Both the position numbers and the translations under genes were made by a program. From positions 47,246,001 to 47,310,000 of the forward strand of contig NC_045707.1 of the NCBI RefSeq assembly GCF_009834535.1: a DNA stretch of 64,000 nucleotides, given 5' to 3'. Below the pieces are notes generated by a model, which did not search any database, was not told the origin of the DNA, and saw only the letters and a list, made by a program, of their open reading frames with translations. Position 1 is the stretch's first letter, and each line of letters starts with the position of its first letter. The DNA comes from Camelus ferus. Its lineage: Eukaryota. Shown here in pieces: positions 22,389-35,160 of the stretch.

Positions 22389-24107
22389 CAGTAAAAGTTC
22401 AACTAATATCAGAATCAGAAATTTTAAAATATGTACGCTACTTCTACAACAAATGATGATGCTGCCTTTTGTCAGCCTCGCATAGTAGTTTGAAATCTTC
22501 AGAGATCTTATTCACTTGCTCCCCACAAACCACGTGGAAGACATGTGTGTCTTCAGATGAAAATATATGGAAGTTTAGGGTCTTAAAGAGCTTGTTCAAA
22601 TTCACTGGGGCCAGGTGGGGGCTGGTGATGGTGCAAACCAGACTTGTTCCCCACAGAGAGCCCCTCTGTGACCCCTGCAGGGCCTGCACAGGAACAAGCA
22701 GCTGCTAAACTCCCAGTTTGTGTGAATTGAACAATAATAATTAACAGTCAGGTCATAATTATATGCATGTTCCCATTTATCCCTCAGGACAGCCCACCAA
22801 GGTCTGACACATCACAAGCTGGGGAAGGTTCTGCTTGAGTCTCACATCCACACTCAAACACAGCACACATTCCTCTTTGATAAATCAGGTCAGGCTCATT
22901 AATTCTTAATGTGGGACCCTTTCTGGTACTAACTGGTTTCAGCGCAGGCTAATAAAAACCAAGATTCCAAATCAAGCACAAAACAAACTAACAAACCAAT
23001 AGACCCCAGAAATCTATCAAGAGGTAAAAATAGAGATGAATGAGCTCCAGGTAGCTCCTCCACTCTCCTCCTTGCAACTTTAGTCATTAGATGTCATGTT
23101 CTCCCACCAGGAAGTCCCCACCCTCAGCCTTGAAAGTAAACTGAAACACTCCACGTTCCTGATGCTCTGTTGGGATGTATGGCCTGCAGAAACTGAATGA
23201 TCTCAAGTTATTTTTGCTTAAAAGGGACAATGGGTTTTAAAAAGTAATGTGCTTTTGATCCCTGACTGCAAGTGAGCACCACGGAGCCAGCTTAGCCTCT
23301 TCCTCTCTTATCTACTACTCGCTCTCTTTTCCCTTGGTACAGCTATTGGCCGCAAATCCAGAACCGTGTAATCCTTCGCCTGGTGTCAAAGGCCTTTCAG
23401 GCTCCCATCCTGAACCATCAAAGATTCTTTCACTTCCTTTTAGCCTCTATAAATATCAATTTATTATTCCATCTGTCTGTTTCTGGTACTGACACTGAAC
23501 CTCTTGACAACAGCTTGATTCGGGGGAAAGCTGAGATCTTAAACATTTCAGAGAAGCAGTGGGTGATGAGAGCATTAGTGTAGCTACTGAACTGATCCTT
23601 GGAGCAAAAAAGGGAAAAAAATGTTGGGTTTCAGAATTGTAAGAATTTTTTCATTGCATAGTATACCAACCAGGAGGGCAGCAAATCAGTTGATCGTATT
23701 GCCACAGAAGTTTTTCTTCCTGTAAGACAAGAAGGGTTACAGGTAGGCACAGATGGACCGAACTGCCAGGCAGAGGTGGCAAAACATGGAACTGAAATGT
23801 ATTGAGAATCTCTGTATCTGAGAAGCCAGCAGTAGAATCAAGGATGGCCAAAGAGAAAATCCATTCTCCCTTGTGACCAACGACTAGAGCAAAGCTGTTC
23901 TCTTCCTGCTCCAGGAACAATTAAGAGCAACCACTGACCTGTCTATTGACAAGCCAGTGAAATATGATGGGTCTAACCAAGTTGATTCTTAGCAGAACAA
24001 TACATGGCAGGCCTCTTAACTTCTCCGAGCTTCTAACCACTACACCACACAGTCTCTCTAGCCCTTGAAGGGGACCTCAAGTTTCAGTATTCTACAGAAG
24101 TGTGCAG

Positions 24108-24312
24108 AGCTGGGCTTCCCAAACTGTAGTTTGCATCGGAATAGTTTGCATCGGAATCCCGTGGAGAGCTTCTGAAAACAGATTCCTGGGCCCGACACCA
24201 GAATTTCAGATTCAGTAGGTCTGGGGAGGGCCCAAGAATTTGCATTTCTAACAAGTTCCCAATTGACATTGATGCTGCTGGTCTGGGGACGATGTCTTAT
24301 GAATAGTTCATC
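24108..24312. mobile_element. MER5A hAT-Charlie MITE with an internal 15-bp tandem duplication
   Basis: cagattcctgggcccgacaccagaatttcagattcagtaggtctggggagggcccaagaatttgcatttctaacaagttccc; tagtttgcatcggaa repeated twice. Confidence 0.9.
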
Positions 24313-24329
24313 TAGAGGAAAAGCAAGGA

Positions 24330-24770
24330 CTTGGGAGTAGGCAGACATGGATTCTGGCCCCAGTTCTTCCACTTCCTGCGTGCCTCTGAGTGAGCCGCTG
24401 AACTTATTTGAGCTTTGATTTTCTCATCTAACAGGGCAAATAATGGCAGGAAATGGTAGAGTGGTTAGACACGTGGACTGTGTTCAAATCTGGCCCTGCC
24501 ACTAACTGCCTATGGGAACTTAGTCAAGCTCCTTGACTCTGAATCCCCCAATTTCTTCACCTATAAAGTGAAGGTGATAATCACATAGAGTTGCTGTGAG
24601 CACTGAGTGATTGCAGATACATAAAACATTCACAACACTGCTTGGCCCGTGGCAAAAATGATGTGAAAATTTGCTAGTATGATTTTTTTTTAGTTGTGTG
24701 AATTATATGAGATACAGCACATAAAGTGCCTTATGTCTTGTCAGGCACAAAGAAAATGCTCAGAGAAAAT
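24330..24770 (+). mobile_element. Nested or adjacent MIR SINEs
   Basis: gacatggattctggccc...ttttctcatct; tgttcaaatctggccctgccactaactg...tttcttcacctataaagtg. Confidence 0.75.
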
Positions 24771-25546
24771 GCATGGTACATGTCAGTTTCCTCTCTTCAA
24801 CTCCAAAACAGGGAAGTCAGAGTTGTAACTGCCAACTGAAAGATTGTCCTTTAAGCGGCAATCTCGCCAGATCCCACCTCCTCTGACCTGAAGGGTCTGT
24901 ACCAGTAGGGCCTTCCTTTGAGCAAAGACCAGCAAATTGGAATATTTAACCCATTTGTGTTAGGTGTTCATGAGTGTGGGAAAGGCTTGAGGAATGCCCC
25001 TCAGGATGCGGAATGGCTGGCATTCCATTTCAGGGATAGAACCACCTAAGTGTGGCTCAGACCCACCTCACCATTTAAGGACTCAGGCTGATCCACTTCC
25101 TTCATCCTGCCCTGCTTACAGCTCCAGGCAACCCCTAAATTACCGCTAAGCTGATTGCTAGGCACTACAGCTGTAGTCATTTATCTTATTTTCCAGTTCT
25201 ATTTTCTTGTAGAGGCCTGTGGATAAAGGGCAGGGTCGAAGTTTAGATTAAAGGGTCCATCATCCCTGTTGTTTCCAGGAAGAATCTAGTGAGCTGCTTT
25301 AGGACAAAGCATTCAAATATATTTTACAAAGTCTGTGTATTAAAAAATCCCTGCTGGATGTTTTTGATATCTAGTGGTATATAGTAAAGGCCCTGAGAAG
25401 TCCTGCAATAAAGAAATAATCAATTTTATCCTTAACTCAGCAGTTCTCAGATTGTTTGACCATGGAAACATTTTTCTTTGAAACAAGTAATACCTCTTAA
25501 CGTTTGACAGAATGTACTGTGGCAAATGCTGGATCCTGCAGAAATT

Positions 25547-26893
25547 TACTTTATTTATTATTGTTATTATTATTATTATTTTTTTATTGAAGTATAGTCA
25601 ATTACAATGTGTCAATCTCTGGTATACAGCACAATGTCCCAGTCATGCATATTCATACATGTATTTGTTTTCATATTTTTTCCATTAAAGGTTATTACAA
25701 GATATTGAACATAGTTCCCTGTGCTATATACAAAAGAAAAAAATTTTAAAAGTCTATTTTTATATATAGTGGCTAACATTTGTAAATTTCAAAATCCCAA
25801 ATTTATCCCCTCCCACCCCCTTTCCCCAGTAACCATAAGATTGTTTATTAAGTCTGAGAGTTTATTTCTGTTTTGTAGATGAGTTCATTGTGTCCTATTT
25901 TTTTTTTTTTTTTAGATACCACGTATGAGTGATATCATATGGTATTTTTCTTTTTCTTTTTGGCTTACTTCACTTAGAATGACGATCTCTAGGTCCATCC
26001 ATGTTGCTGCAAATGGCATTATTTTATTCTTTTTTATGACAAAGTAGTATTCCATTGTATAAATGTATCACAATTTCTTTATCCAGTCATCTGTCAGTGG
26101 ACATTTAGGTTACTTCCATGTCTTGGCTATTGTATATAGTGCTGCTATGAACATTGGGGTGCATGTATCTTTTTGCATTAGAGTTCCTTCTGGATATATA
26201 CCCAGAAGTGGGATTGCTGGATCATATGGTAAGTCTATTTTTAGTTTTTTGAGGAATCTTCATACTGTTTTCCATAATGGCTGCACCAAACTATATTCTC
26301 ACCAATAGTGTAGGAGGGTTCCCTTTTCTCCACAGCCTCTCTAGCATTTATCATTCATGGACTTTTGAATGATGGCCATTCTGACTGGTATAAGGTGATA
26401 CCTTATTGTAGTTTTGATTTGCATTTCTCTCATAATTAGTGATATTGAGAATTTTTTCATGTGCCTATTGGCCATTTGTATGTCTTCATTGGAGAAATGC
26501 TTGTTTAGATCTTCTGCCCATTTTTGGACTGGGTTGTTTGTTTTATTGTTGTTATTATTAAGTTGTATGACCTGTTTATATATTCTGGAAATTAAGCCTT
26601 TGTCAGTCACAACATTTGCAAATATTTTCTCTCATTCTGTAGGTTGTCGTTTTGTTTTGCTTATGGTTTCCTTTGCTGTGCAAAAGCTTATGAGTTTAAT
26701 TAGGTCCCATTTGTTTATTTTTGCTCTTATTTCCATTGCCTGGGTAGCCTGCCCTAGGAGAACGTTGCTAAGATTTATATCAGGGAATGTTTTGCCTATG
26801 TTTTCTTCTAGGAGATTTATTATGTCTTGTCTATTTAAGTCTTTAAGCCATTTTGAGTTTATTTTTGTGTATTGAGTGAGGGAGTGTTCTAAA
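25547..26893 (-). mobile_element. 5'-truncated lineage-specific L1 (~1.35 kb; ORF2 C-terminal remnant and 3' UTR) with 15-bp TSD
   Basis: ORFs 26341..26610 and 26632..26919 (-) match L1 ORF2 ([41 protein letters not shown]) and are frameshifted; TSD gatcc(tg/ca)cagaaatt at 25532-25546 and 26894-26908. Confidence 0.95.
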
Positions 26894-26984
26894 GATCCCA
26901 CAGAAATTGAAATGCCCACCTGTGAAACTTTCCCTGGGGGGAAATAGGAGATATATGTTAGTCTCTAGCTGTTTTAATTTATTG

Positions 26985-27451
26985 CTAGACCCATGCTAAG
27001 CATTTGTCAAGCACTAGCTCTCCAAATATCACCTATACAACCTGTTGACAAGACAAAACTCTGCTTATTGTTTATTGTGGCAAAGCTAATAACCACCCAG
27101 ACAGAGCTCAGGTAATGTCTCCAAGGGGAAGGGGCAAGGTCAGATTTTATTGAGAATTCAAAGTTTGGTTTAAGGTGCTCTTTCAATGAAGGGGCTAGAT
27201 TGGATAAGGTTAATGATTTGACAGTTTAGGATTGGAAGAAGCAAGAAAAGGATTTTAAAGTGAGGTATTTGAGGATCTTTAGGGTGTTAACTGACTCTTA
27301 ATGCTTCCTGTTGAAGAGGTGAAGGGTCTTTTGGGGAAGTTCCTGTAATGAACAGTCAGGTGATTTATCTGGGCAAGAGGCTCCTGGGTTAGTAAAGGAA
27401 TGATAAGGAGGACAATGGAGTAGTAAGTTCTGTTAATATATTGTGAAAAGT

Positions 27452-27506
<55 letters not shown>

Positions 27507-27560
27507 GGGGTGGAGAAGGGTTACATAGTTTCAGTCCTCAGTTTCCAAGCTGTGTTTATG
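26985..27560. mobile_element. Probable old ERV LTR, family not resolved
   Basis: LTR-like composition and motifs (cttattgtttattgtggcaaag...tgtctccaaggggaaggggcaaggtcagattttattgagaatt). Confidence 0.45.
27457..27503. repeat. (TG)n microsatellite, about 23 units
   Basis: Read directly. Confidence 0.95.
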
Positions 27561-28897
27561 GGGTAGATGATGTCTATTCTTACTCTTAATTCTTGAATTT
27601 ATTGCTTGAATGAATGCAATGAATGCTCATCTGTTTTATTTTAGGTATATCCTCCAGGCTACAATTCAATGCGATATAACCTGAGGATGTTATTTGTGTT
27701 GGATTCTACAAGTTCATCATTGTTGAGTTACCATTGTATGTCAATGCCAAGATCTACTCCCCACCCCCTATGTTTGAATATGTATTGTGTCAATGCACTT
27801 AGATGAACCTCAGGCCGCCCAGAACTGAGAAACTCCTCTTTAGAACAGTTGCATTTAGAGACATAGTGACAGAAATAGCATCCATTCCTTTGTTGGGTTT
27901 TAGCATATTTTGGAATGAGGATAGATAACAACTTTGAAATTAGAGGTAGCCCTTTGTCTCCTGAGGATAGAGCCTCCTGGAAGTGGTGAATCCCTTGGTC
28001 ATATTCATGATGAAGGATGCATTGATGTGAACTGCTTTCCATTTACTTAAGAAGTTCATGTCTTTAATGTGTTCCTTATTTTACAAATACAAAGTGTCAC
28101 TAGTCACTCAAGTTTTATATTACATTTTAGGAAAAAATGGCAAATTTGGTCCCCAAAGGAGCAGAGTACAGAATGAACTACAGATTGAACTGACATCTTT
28201 AATAACCATAAAGGCATATTCCATGAGTTAAATGTGAACAAAAAAATAAAACTTCCAATTTAATCTCAACTCTCTGACATTGTGCAACCAACTCAGATGA
28301 TATTTTCTAGGAAATTATTTTACCTTTTCTATTACTTGGTAAAGCTACTTTTGGTGAGCTAGGTTTATCTCCAGGTATTTGATCTTACTTGGCAAAAAGA
28401 AAAAATTTGGGCTGATGATGCAGTCACTTTGAAAGCATAGGAGTGGTTCTAACTTACATACTATTTAACACTTTCTGTCAAAAGTTGATATAATTTTATT
28501 GTAAAAATAAAAAAGATGTGTCTAAGATCTTAGTACAAATTTAATGTGAACTTTAATAACCAAATACTAGCTGAATGAAAGCAGGCCTAATTATTTAGAT
28601 AGCAAGAAAGAATTCATGAAAAATATGAAATATAGGCTATATTTTTAAGAAAATGGACATATAGTAAGTAGAGACAGTACAGTCCAGTGACAGACACTTA
28701 TTGAAATTCATACCAATTGCAGCATTAGTCTCAATCCTGGGAATCCAAAAATCAGGGAGAGTATCAGTGCTTGTTCTTGAGCTCATTGTCTAGAAGGCAG
28801 GACTGAGATGAAAGCATGAATGTCAGACAATAGCAGATACTATGGTGGAGGGGTTACAAAATACTGGGGATTGGTAGAAGGTTTCTAGAAGAGATAA

Positions 28898-29392
28898 TGT
28901 ATTAGTTACGTATTGCTGTGTAATAGTAACCCCAAAGGCAGTACCTTTGAACAATAAACACATAGTTTCTGGGTCTAGAAACTTGGAGTGGCTTAGCTGG
29001 GTGGTTCTGGCTCAGGGTCTCTCATGAGGTTGCAGTCCTGATGTTGGCCAAAGCTGTTGTCATCTGAAGGCTTGACAGGGGGAGGATCCACTTTCAAGAT
29101 GGCACATTCACATGGCTCTTGGAGGAGACCTCAATTCCCTGCCATGGAGATCTCTCTATAGGGCTACTTGTAACAGGGCAGCTAAATCCATCCCAGAGTG
29201 AGGAATCTAAGAGAGAGAAAGGCAAAAGCCACAGTGTCTTTTATAACCTAACCTCAGGAGTGACATTCTGTCACCCTCCGTAGCCTACTGAGCACTCAGA
29301 TCAACCTGATACAGTGTGGGAGAAGACTATACAGAGGCGTGACTACCAGCAAGCAGGGGTCACTGGGGACCATCTTGGAGAATGGCTACCAT
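28898..29392 (-). mobile_element. MLT1 (MLT1F/G-like) solo LTR
   Basis: tgtattagttacgtattgctgtgtaa...ggcttagctgggtggttctggctcagggtctctcatgaggttgcagtc...gggaccatcttggagaatggctacca. Confidence 0.9.
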
Positions 29393-29514
29393 AGACACTA
29401 CCTAACCCTAGTCGAAGTTCCTAGGGATTATACTTTGATAAACCCGTATTTAAAATAATTTTTAGTTAACTGATAATCTTAACTGGAATATGAATGTCTA
29501 TATATAAAAGGAGA

Positions 29515-29760
29515 ATAATAGTAGTAGGCACTATTTATTGAACTCTTTCTATGGGACAGGCACTTTCCATGTATCATCTCATTAAGAGACAGCACAGCAT
29601 AGTGTTTAGACATCTGGATTCTAGAGCCACATAGGCTTAAAAAAAATTATTGTCATGTTGGAGCAGATTGCTTAACCAATCTGTGCCTTAGTTTTCTTAT
29701 CTGTAGGCAAAAGGAATTGTATGTCCCTCCTAAGATTGTCTTGAGGTTAAAGTAAGCCCA
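29515..29760. mobile_element. MIR fragments
   Basis: atttattgaactctttctatgggacaggcact (-); cagcatagtgtttaga...ctgtgccttagttttcttatctgta (+). Confidence 0.7.
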
Positions 29761-31319
29761 ATCACCAGGCTCTCCCTTAATTGCTGGTATACTTAGATTC
29801 CAAAACCCAATTTTTTCCCCCTTTTCTTCATTAATTTTTTTTACCCAAGGGAGACTGCAGGGCAAAGACACTACCTTGAACTGACCCAGTGGGAAGCAAG
29901 GAAATCTGAGTTCAGAATTGGACGTCCTCTACGAAATAGGCTGGTCAACTCCCATAATGCCAGTCAGCTAGGCTGAGTTTCAAGTTGTCAGTCTACTGTT
30001 ATGCTCACTCCTGCTGGGAAAATGGGAAAAAAAAAACAACAAAAAAGTGGGTCACCCCATGGACTAATGTGCAAGTAACTACTACTCCCTAGGGAGGGCA
30101 GCTCTGCTCAGTGGCTTGGAGCAACCCACACTTTTACCACAAGACGTGGAAAACCAGCCAATAAGCCTCCCCAGGGTGTCCCTCTGACCTCATGCCCTAC
30201 AACTGAGCACATTTTCTCTTCTTGGCCCTGACACCCCTTGAAGTCCCACTTCTGTTCTCATCTGGTTCAATCCAGTTTAATTTGGCTCTTGTCATTTTTA
30301 TCTCTTTAGCATTTGGTCAAAGTGTCCCTATAGGTACCCCTTCCCTGCAACTATTTCTGTCTTTAGAAAATAGAAACCTTGGATATAGGTGCTGGCTCCT
30401 CCGTGGCTAGGTCATCTGCCCACAGCCCTCCCAGGTTACTGCGGGTATGCCATTGCATTCATCTATCACTCTGGATTGTGAAAACAGCTTTCACAGACTA
30501 AACAACCCAAAGCCCCAGACGAGTTCATCTGAGTTTGCAAAAGTCTCTAGGGACGTCTCATTTCCTTTTCTTGCACACAGTTATTTAAAAATAAATGGCA
30601 AAGACTTATAATGGCAATGAGGGGAAACTGTCTTCAGAATGACTCCCCCCACCTCCTACTTCCTACCCACCACTCTCCTTTGGGAATAACACTGTTAAGA
30701 CCCTTTAAAAAGTACATGAGAAAACCAAGTACTCACTAGGGATTAAGCGTCAAATGAGAACAGAGTCTGAACTGTATTAGTAAATCCTCATTAGCGGATG
30801 GCTGTCAGTTGGGTTCCTATATTAACCTTTTTATGATGAAAGGCAAGATTTACCATTATCACCAAGATAAAGGACCTTCCCAGAGTTGGAGCAGCCTCCA
30901 CCATTCTGGGGGAAGTTGCCATCCCTGGCCCCAGTCCCTACCTGCTGGCAGCACAGCTTTTGTAGTCAGCCGTCCACAGCTGGGGCGGGATGGGGGCCGA
31001 GAGGCCCGAGCAAGCTCTTCTTTCACATCTGCTAAGCCCCCTCCTTCCCTTTGTTGAAACTTTTCTCGAACTGTCTCCTTAGAGAAGTCTGCTTAAAATC
31101 TCTGACTGGGCAGCCCCTTTCCCTGTCGCCACAGTCAACCATCCACCTAGTCTAGCCACTCCCTATGGATTTTTTTCACAAATGAATGCCTGCGTCTTTC
31201 TTCACAAAAAGGATATAAAAGTCACATGAGTATATGTGCCTGTTCATCTTACTGCTTTCAGAAATGCATAGTTGGAGGGAACGAGCCCATTCTGAGACTT
31301 GGCACTGTTGGGAGTTAGG

Positions 31320-31535
31320 GGTGTGTTCAAGATCGTGGGCTTTGGAGTAGGACATTTTGGTTCCAGTTCTGCCACTTAGTAGTACCCAACCACCCTAAGC
31401 CATATTCTCTTCACCGGTAAAATATAAATAATGATGATGTTTACCTTATGGAGTTGGTGTGAAGATTATGGAACCATATAAAGCATCCAGTAAGTGCCTG
31501 GCATATCTAAGCACTCAGTATTCCACCTATTACCG
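31320..31535 (+). mobile_element. MIR SINE
   Basis: tgggctttggagtaggaca...ttctgccacttagtag...gtgcctggcatat. Confidence 0.7.
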
Positions 31536-31831
31536 TAATTATTCATAAAAATGTCCATTTATACTCAGGTTTCTTCCTGAGGCATTGTGGGCAGGTTTGA
31601 CTAACACTATCTCATTGGATTTCTATTGCTATAGCTAATAATTCAGCCACCATCTTATCCATTAGAACAACAACAAATCACAAAATGTAACGAGCACTGT
31701 AACATAAATTGCATTAGTAACTCAGATCAGAGAACAGTTACATTGTGGGTGGAAGAAAGGTGGAGGTTAGAGTAGGGTGAAGTTATAGACGCTCTGAAGA
31801 ATATTGTCTTATCTGGTGGATTTCTGGAAGA

Positions 31832-32030
31832 AGAGGTCACAAACTGGGCTGCTTGCAGACACATTTTATTTGTCCCTTGAAGTGTTTAAAATTATTTTGA
31901 ATTAATTGCCAACTTTTAAAACAGGAGATTTCACATAAAAATAGAAATTTATGGCTTCTCCTGGAAAATCAGAAGATCTGTTGACATGGTTGTCCATAGT
32001 TCCACTTGGTGTCAGTTGGCTCTCTGCTTC
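31832..32030. mobile_element. hAT-Charlie element (MER102/MER58-like)
   Basis: tttgaattaattgccaacttttaaaacaggagatttcacataaaaatag...ggcttctcctggaaaatcagaagatctg. Confidence 0.65.
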
Positions 32031-32589
32031 AGCCTGGGCTGACCTCCAACATTGTCCCCACTGAGCCTTTTCTTGACCCTTGTTAAGGGTCAAGAAATTG
32101 AGAAGATAAGATTTTCATAGGCACATCAACAACTAAGCATGAAAATTTAAAGTGCTAGAGGGTAAGAAAAATCTTTGTTTACTTAGGTAGATTAAAATAG
32201 TCAAGAAATCTATTTGTTGACTAAATACATCCTTTCCTACTTAGATTTCCTACTGACATCAAGTCCAATGTATGTCTATATGTGATTACCACAAGGGAAA
32301 GAGAGTTGGAAATCCTATGCAGACTATGGAGGTGCTGGAATGAATTCAGAAAGAAATATGCTTCTGAAAAGGGCAGTAGTAAAGTAGGGACTCTAAGGCT
32401 TGCATGCCACCACATTTTGCTGGCTTCGCTGATTTCTTTTAGACATACATTAATAAAAATTAACTAACAAATTTACAATTTACCCTACTTTTTCGAGTCT
32501 CCAAAATGAATATATGATTTAACACAAGGGCTTTCAAACATTTTTTTGACTATGACCTACAGTATAAAATACATTTTTCATCACACACA

Positions 32590-32777
32590 TGCATTTATAT
32601 TCATTAGTGGGTAGGCACTTGGACTGCTTCTGTCTTTTGGCTATCGTGAATAATGCTACCATCAACGTGGATATACAAATATCTGTTCTAGTCCCTGCTT
32701 TCAGTTCTTTTGTGTATACACCCACAAGTGGAATTGCTGGATCAGATGGTAATTCTCTCCTTAATTTTTTGAGGAAG
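32590..32777 (-). mobile_element. L1 ORF2 3' fragment
   Basis: ORF 32534..32725 (-) GVYTKELKAGTRTDIC...ALFTIAKRQKQSKC is L1 ORF2 C-terminal. Confidence 0.85.
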
Positions 32778-33264
32778 ATGATGATTTTTACAAAGATGAT
32801 TTTCAGATCACAGCTACTGTGAAATAACGAACTGCATTAGAACATTCATCCGTGTTTCTATCGCTTTCCAGCACTTTTTGCCAAGTTTGCAAATAGGAAT
32901 TCTCAAAGAATTTTTGTTACCGTGGTTGTGAGGAGCACAGGATTCTGTAAACATATCATTAGAGTAGCTCCCAGAGGGGGAGCTATCTGCCACTCAGTGA
33001 TGAATAAATGAATGCTCATTAAGAAAACTTAATATGGTGATTGAGAAATTACCACTGTGTTCTGTGTTAAAATGTACACTTATTAGTCTAGTCTGTTTCA
33101 TGTCATGACTATAAAATTAATAACTGATGCTCTTCTCCAAGTGCTCTGAGCAACCTCAAGTGAGATGGCAAAGAATGAGGAAAAGTCCTCAGTCTCAATC
33201 AGCCTCATTGATACTTACATTCAACACAATAAAACCTCCAGTAAAGTTAAAAAACCCAGTTTTT

Positions 33265-34031
33265 ATTTCTAAAAATTATATTTGTAATGCAGGTTCACTG
33301 CAGGATAATTTAAAAATTATAGACACATAAAAATAAGAACATTAAAACCATCTATAATCCCACCCCTTTTTGTTAAATTCTTTCATATTATTTTCCAGGC
33401 ATAAATGCATTTTGTGTAATTTTGAACTATAAAACAGGGTCACACTATAATTTATTGTTTTGTAACTTGCTTTTCCCCAATTGGTATATTGTATACATAT
33501 TTCCATGTCATATATTTTTTCATGAAATAATGTTTATGATCACAAAATATCCACTTAATGAATATCATTTTTTCAATGTTGTATCAGACTTTTTCTTTGA
33601 AATTTTATTTGCTAATATGACAATGAATATTTTCATAGCTAATTTTTTATTTCATCTTTACTTTTTCAGGATAAATTTTTTAAAAACAGGGCTTTACAAA
33701 TGGTATGCATAGATTCTTATTTTTTAAAAAAGAAAATATTTACATATTTTTCAATATAGAAAATAATACAAATTTATTATTACAGGTTCAAAATGGAATA
33801 AAAAGAAAAGTTAAAATTGCCCCTAGTTCTCAAGCTAATAGTTGTTAACAATTTGGTGAACATCTTTTAGACTTTCAATGCATGTATACAAACATATGTA
33901 TTTACAAAAATGAGATCTGACTCTACATTTGAGTTTCGCAACCTTATTTTTTAACTTAACAGATAGTTGATTTTTTCCATGTCATTAAATACTCTTACAG
34001 TATAATTTTTGATAGTTTCAAACTATTTCAT
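33265..34031 (-). mobile_element. Highly diverged AT-rich L1ME-like 3' UTR fragments
   Basis: ttttgtaacttgctttt, tttccatgtcattaaatactct, ctgttaaca-type motifs typical of old L1 3' UTRs. Confidence 0.55.
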
Positions 34032-34490
34032 TGTGGAGAAAGAAAAACTTTTTCTCTACCCTATTAGGTTTTATCTTTGGGGAACCTGCAAATTTAACTA
34101 ACAAAAGGCAGTAAAAGAAAAGAATCATTTTTTAAAATTCATGTTATGTACATGGGAGTTCACAAAAAAATGTGACTCAGGGAGGTGATTAGAATTTGAG
34201 GCTTATATACCATCATAATGGGGAAGAGAAGGGGGAAAGGGAACTTACAGGAAAAACAAATGATATTTAGTGAAGAAAAATGAAACTTTACAAGGATAGG
34301 TAGGAGATATGATAGTTTAGTAGCAATATCTATTTGTGTGGGTTCTTATTCTGGTACTGTCTTTGGTGACAGAAGTCAATCTTTCCTGGTTTCCTGCAGG
34401 GCATTTATGACAGTTAAATTATTTTGGGAGGCTCTGCTTTTAGTCAGATGAGGAGAATTCAGAAAAGAAAACTCTTCACATTGGTATATT
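34032..34490 (-). mobile_element. ERV1 LTR (MER41-related, Laurasiatherian type), partial
   Basis: tgtggagaaagaaaaactttttctctaccctattagg...aacaaaaggcag...gaggcttatataccatc...ctctgcttttagtcagat. Confidence 0.7.
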
Positions 34491-34914
34491 CAGAATTCCT
34501 TCACCATATTTGTATTTATGCAAGTCAATCTCGGTTTCTACAGCCTCTGCGAAGGGGAACTGACCTACTCACATCCCCTGCTAACACGGTGGGGCTTCCC
34601 TTCTCTCCTGCTCTGTCCCTACCAGCCACCAGCTAAAGGGAAGAAGACCAGGTACCTGACCATGGGCAATCACTATGTTATGAGGGGCCTGGTGCACCGT
34701 CTTTGCTCAGACAGGGAGCTCATCATTAGATCTGAGATGAGAAATAAGTAGAACGTCAAACTATTCACAGTGGATTCACAGCTTAAAGATACATGAAGGA
34801 GAGATAAGAGGGAGAGGAGTTACCTTGAAACGTCATAAATAGGTCAGTTCACAATATAGGGAAGCAGGATGTATGAGTAAGATAAGCTATGAGGTTGACA
34901 AAAATATGTAGAAT

Positions 34915-35160
34915 AAAAAGTAGTGTTTTAAAGACTTTGAGATCAGATGAGAATTTTAATTTTGACAATTCTAACTTAAATGGTATGTGATTTGCACCAG
35001 TTAATCTTTTGAACCATAGTTTCCTTATCAGTAACACATGGATAATAATATATCTGTTATTGAGTTGTAGGAAGAATTTATTGAGATAATATAGGTAAGG
35101 TTCTTAGCACAGAGTCTCTGACACATAGAAGCATTAAATAAATGTAGTCATTATTATAGC
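34915..35160 (+). mobile_element. MIR SINE
   Basis: agactttgagatcagat...atagtttccttatcagtaa...cttagcacagagtctctgacacatagaagcattaaataaatg. Confidence 0.75.

Noticed and set aside
26063..26919. Several long ORFs on both strands
   Set aside because: Frameshifted L1 ORF2 remnants and their antisense; not host genes.
27625..27810. Plus-strand acceptor ctgttttattttag|GTAT followed by a 53-codon open frame
   Set aside because: No good donor, no recognisable peptide and no partner exon; isolated acceptors are common by chance.
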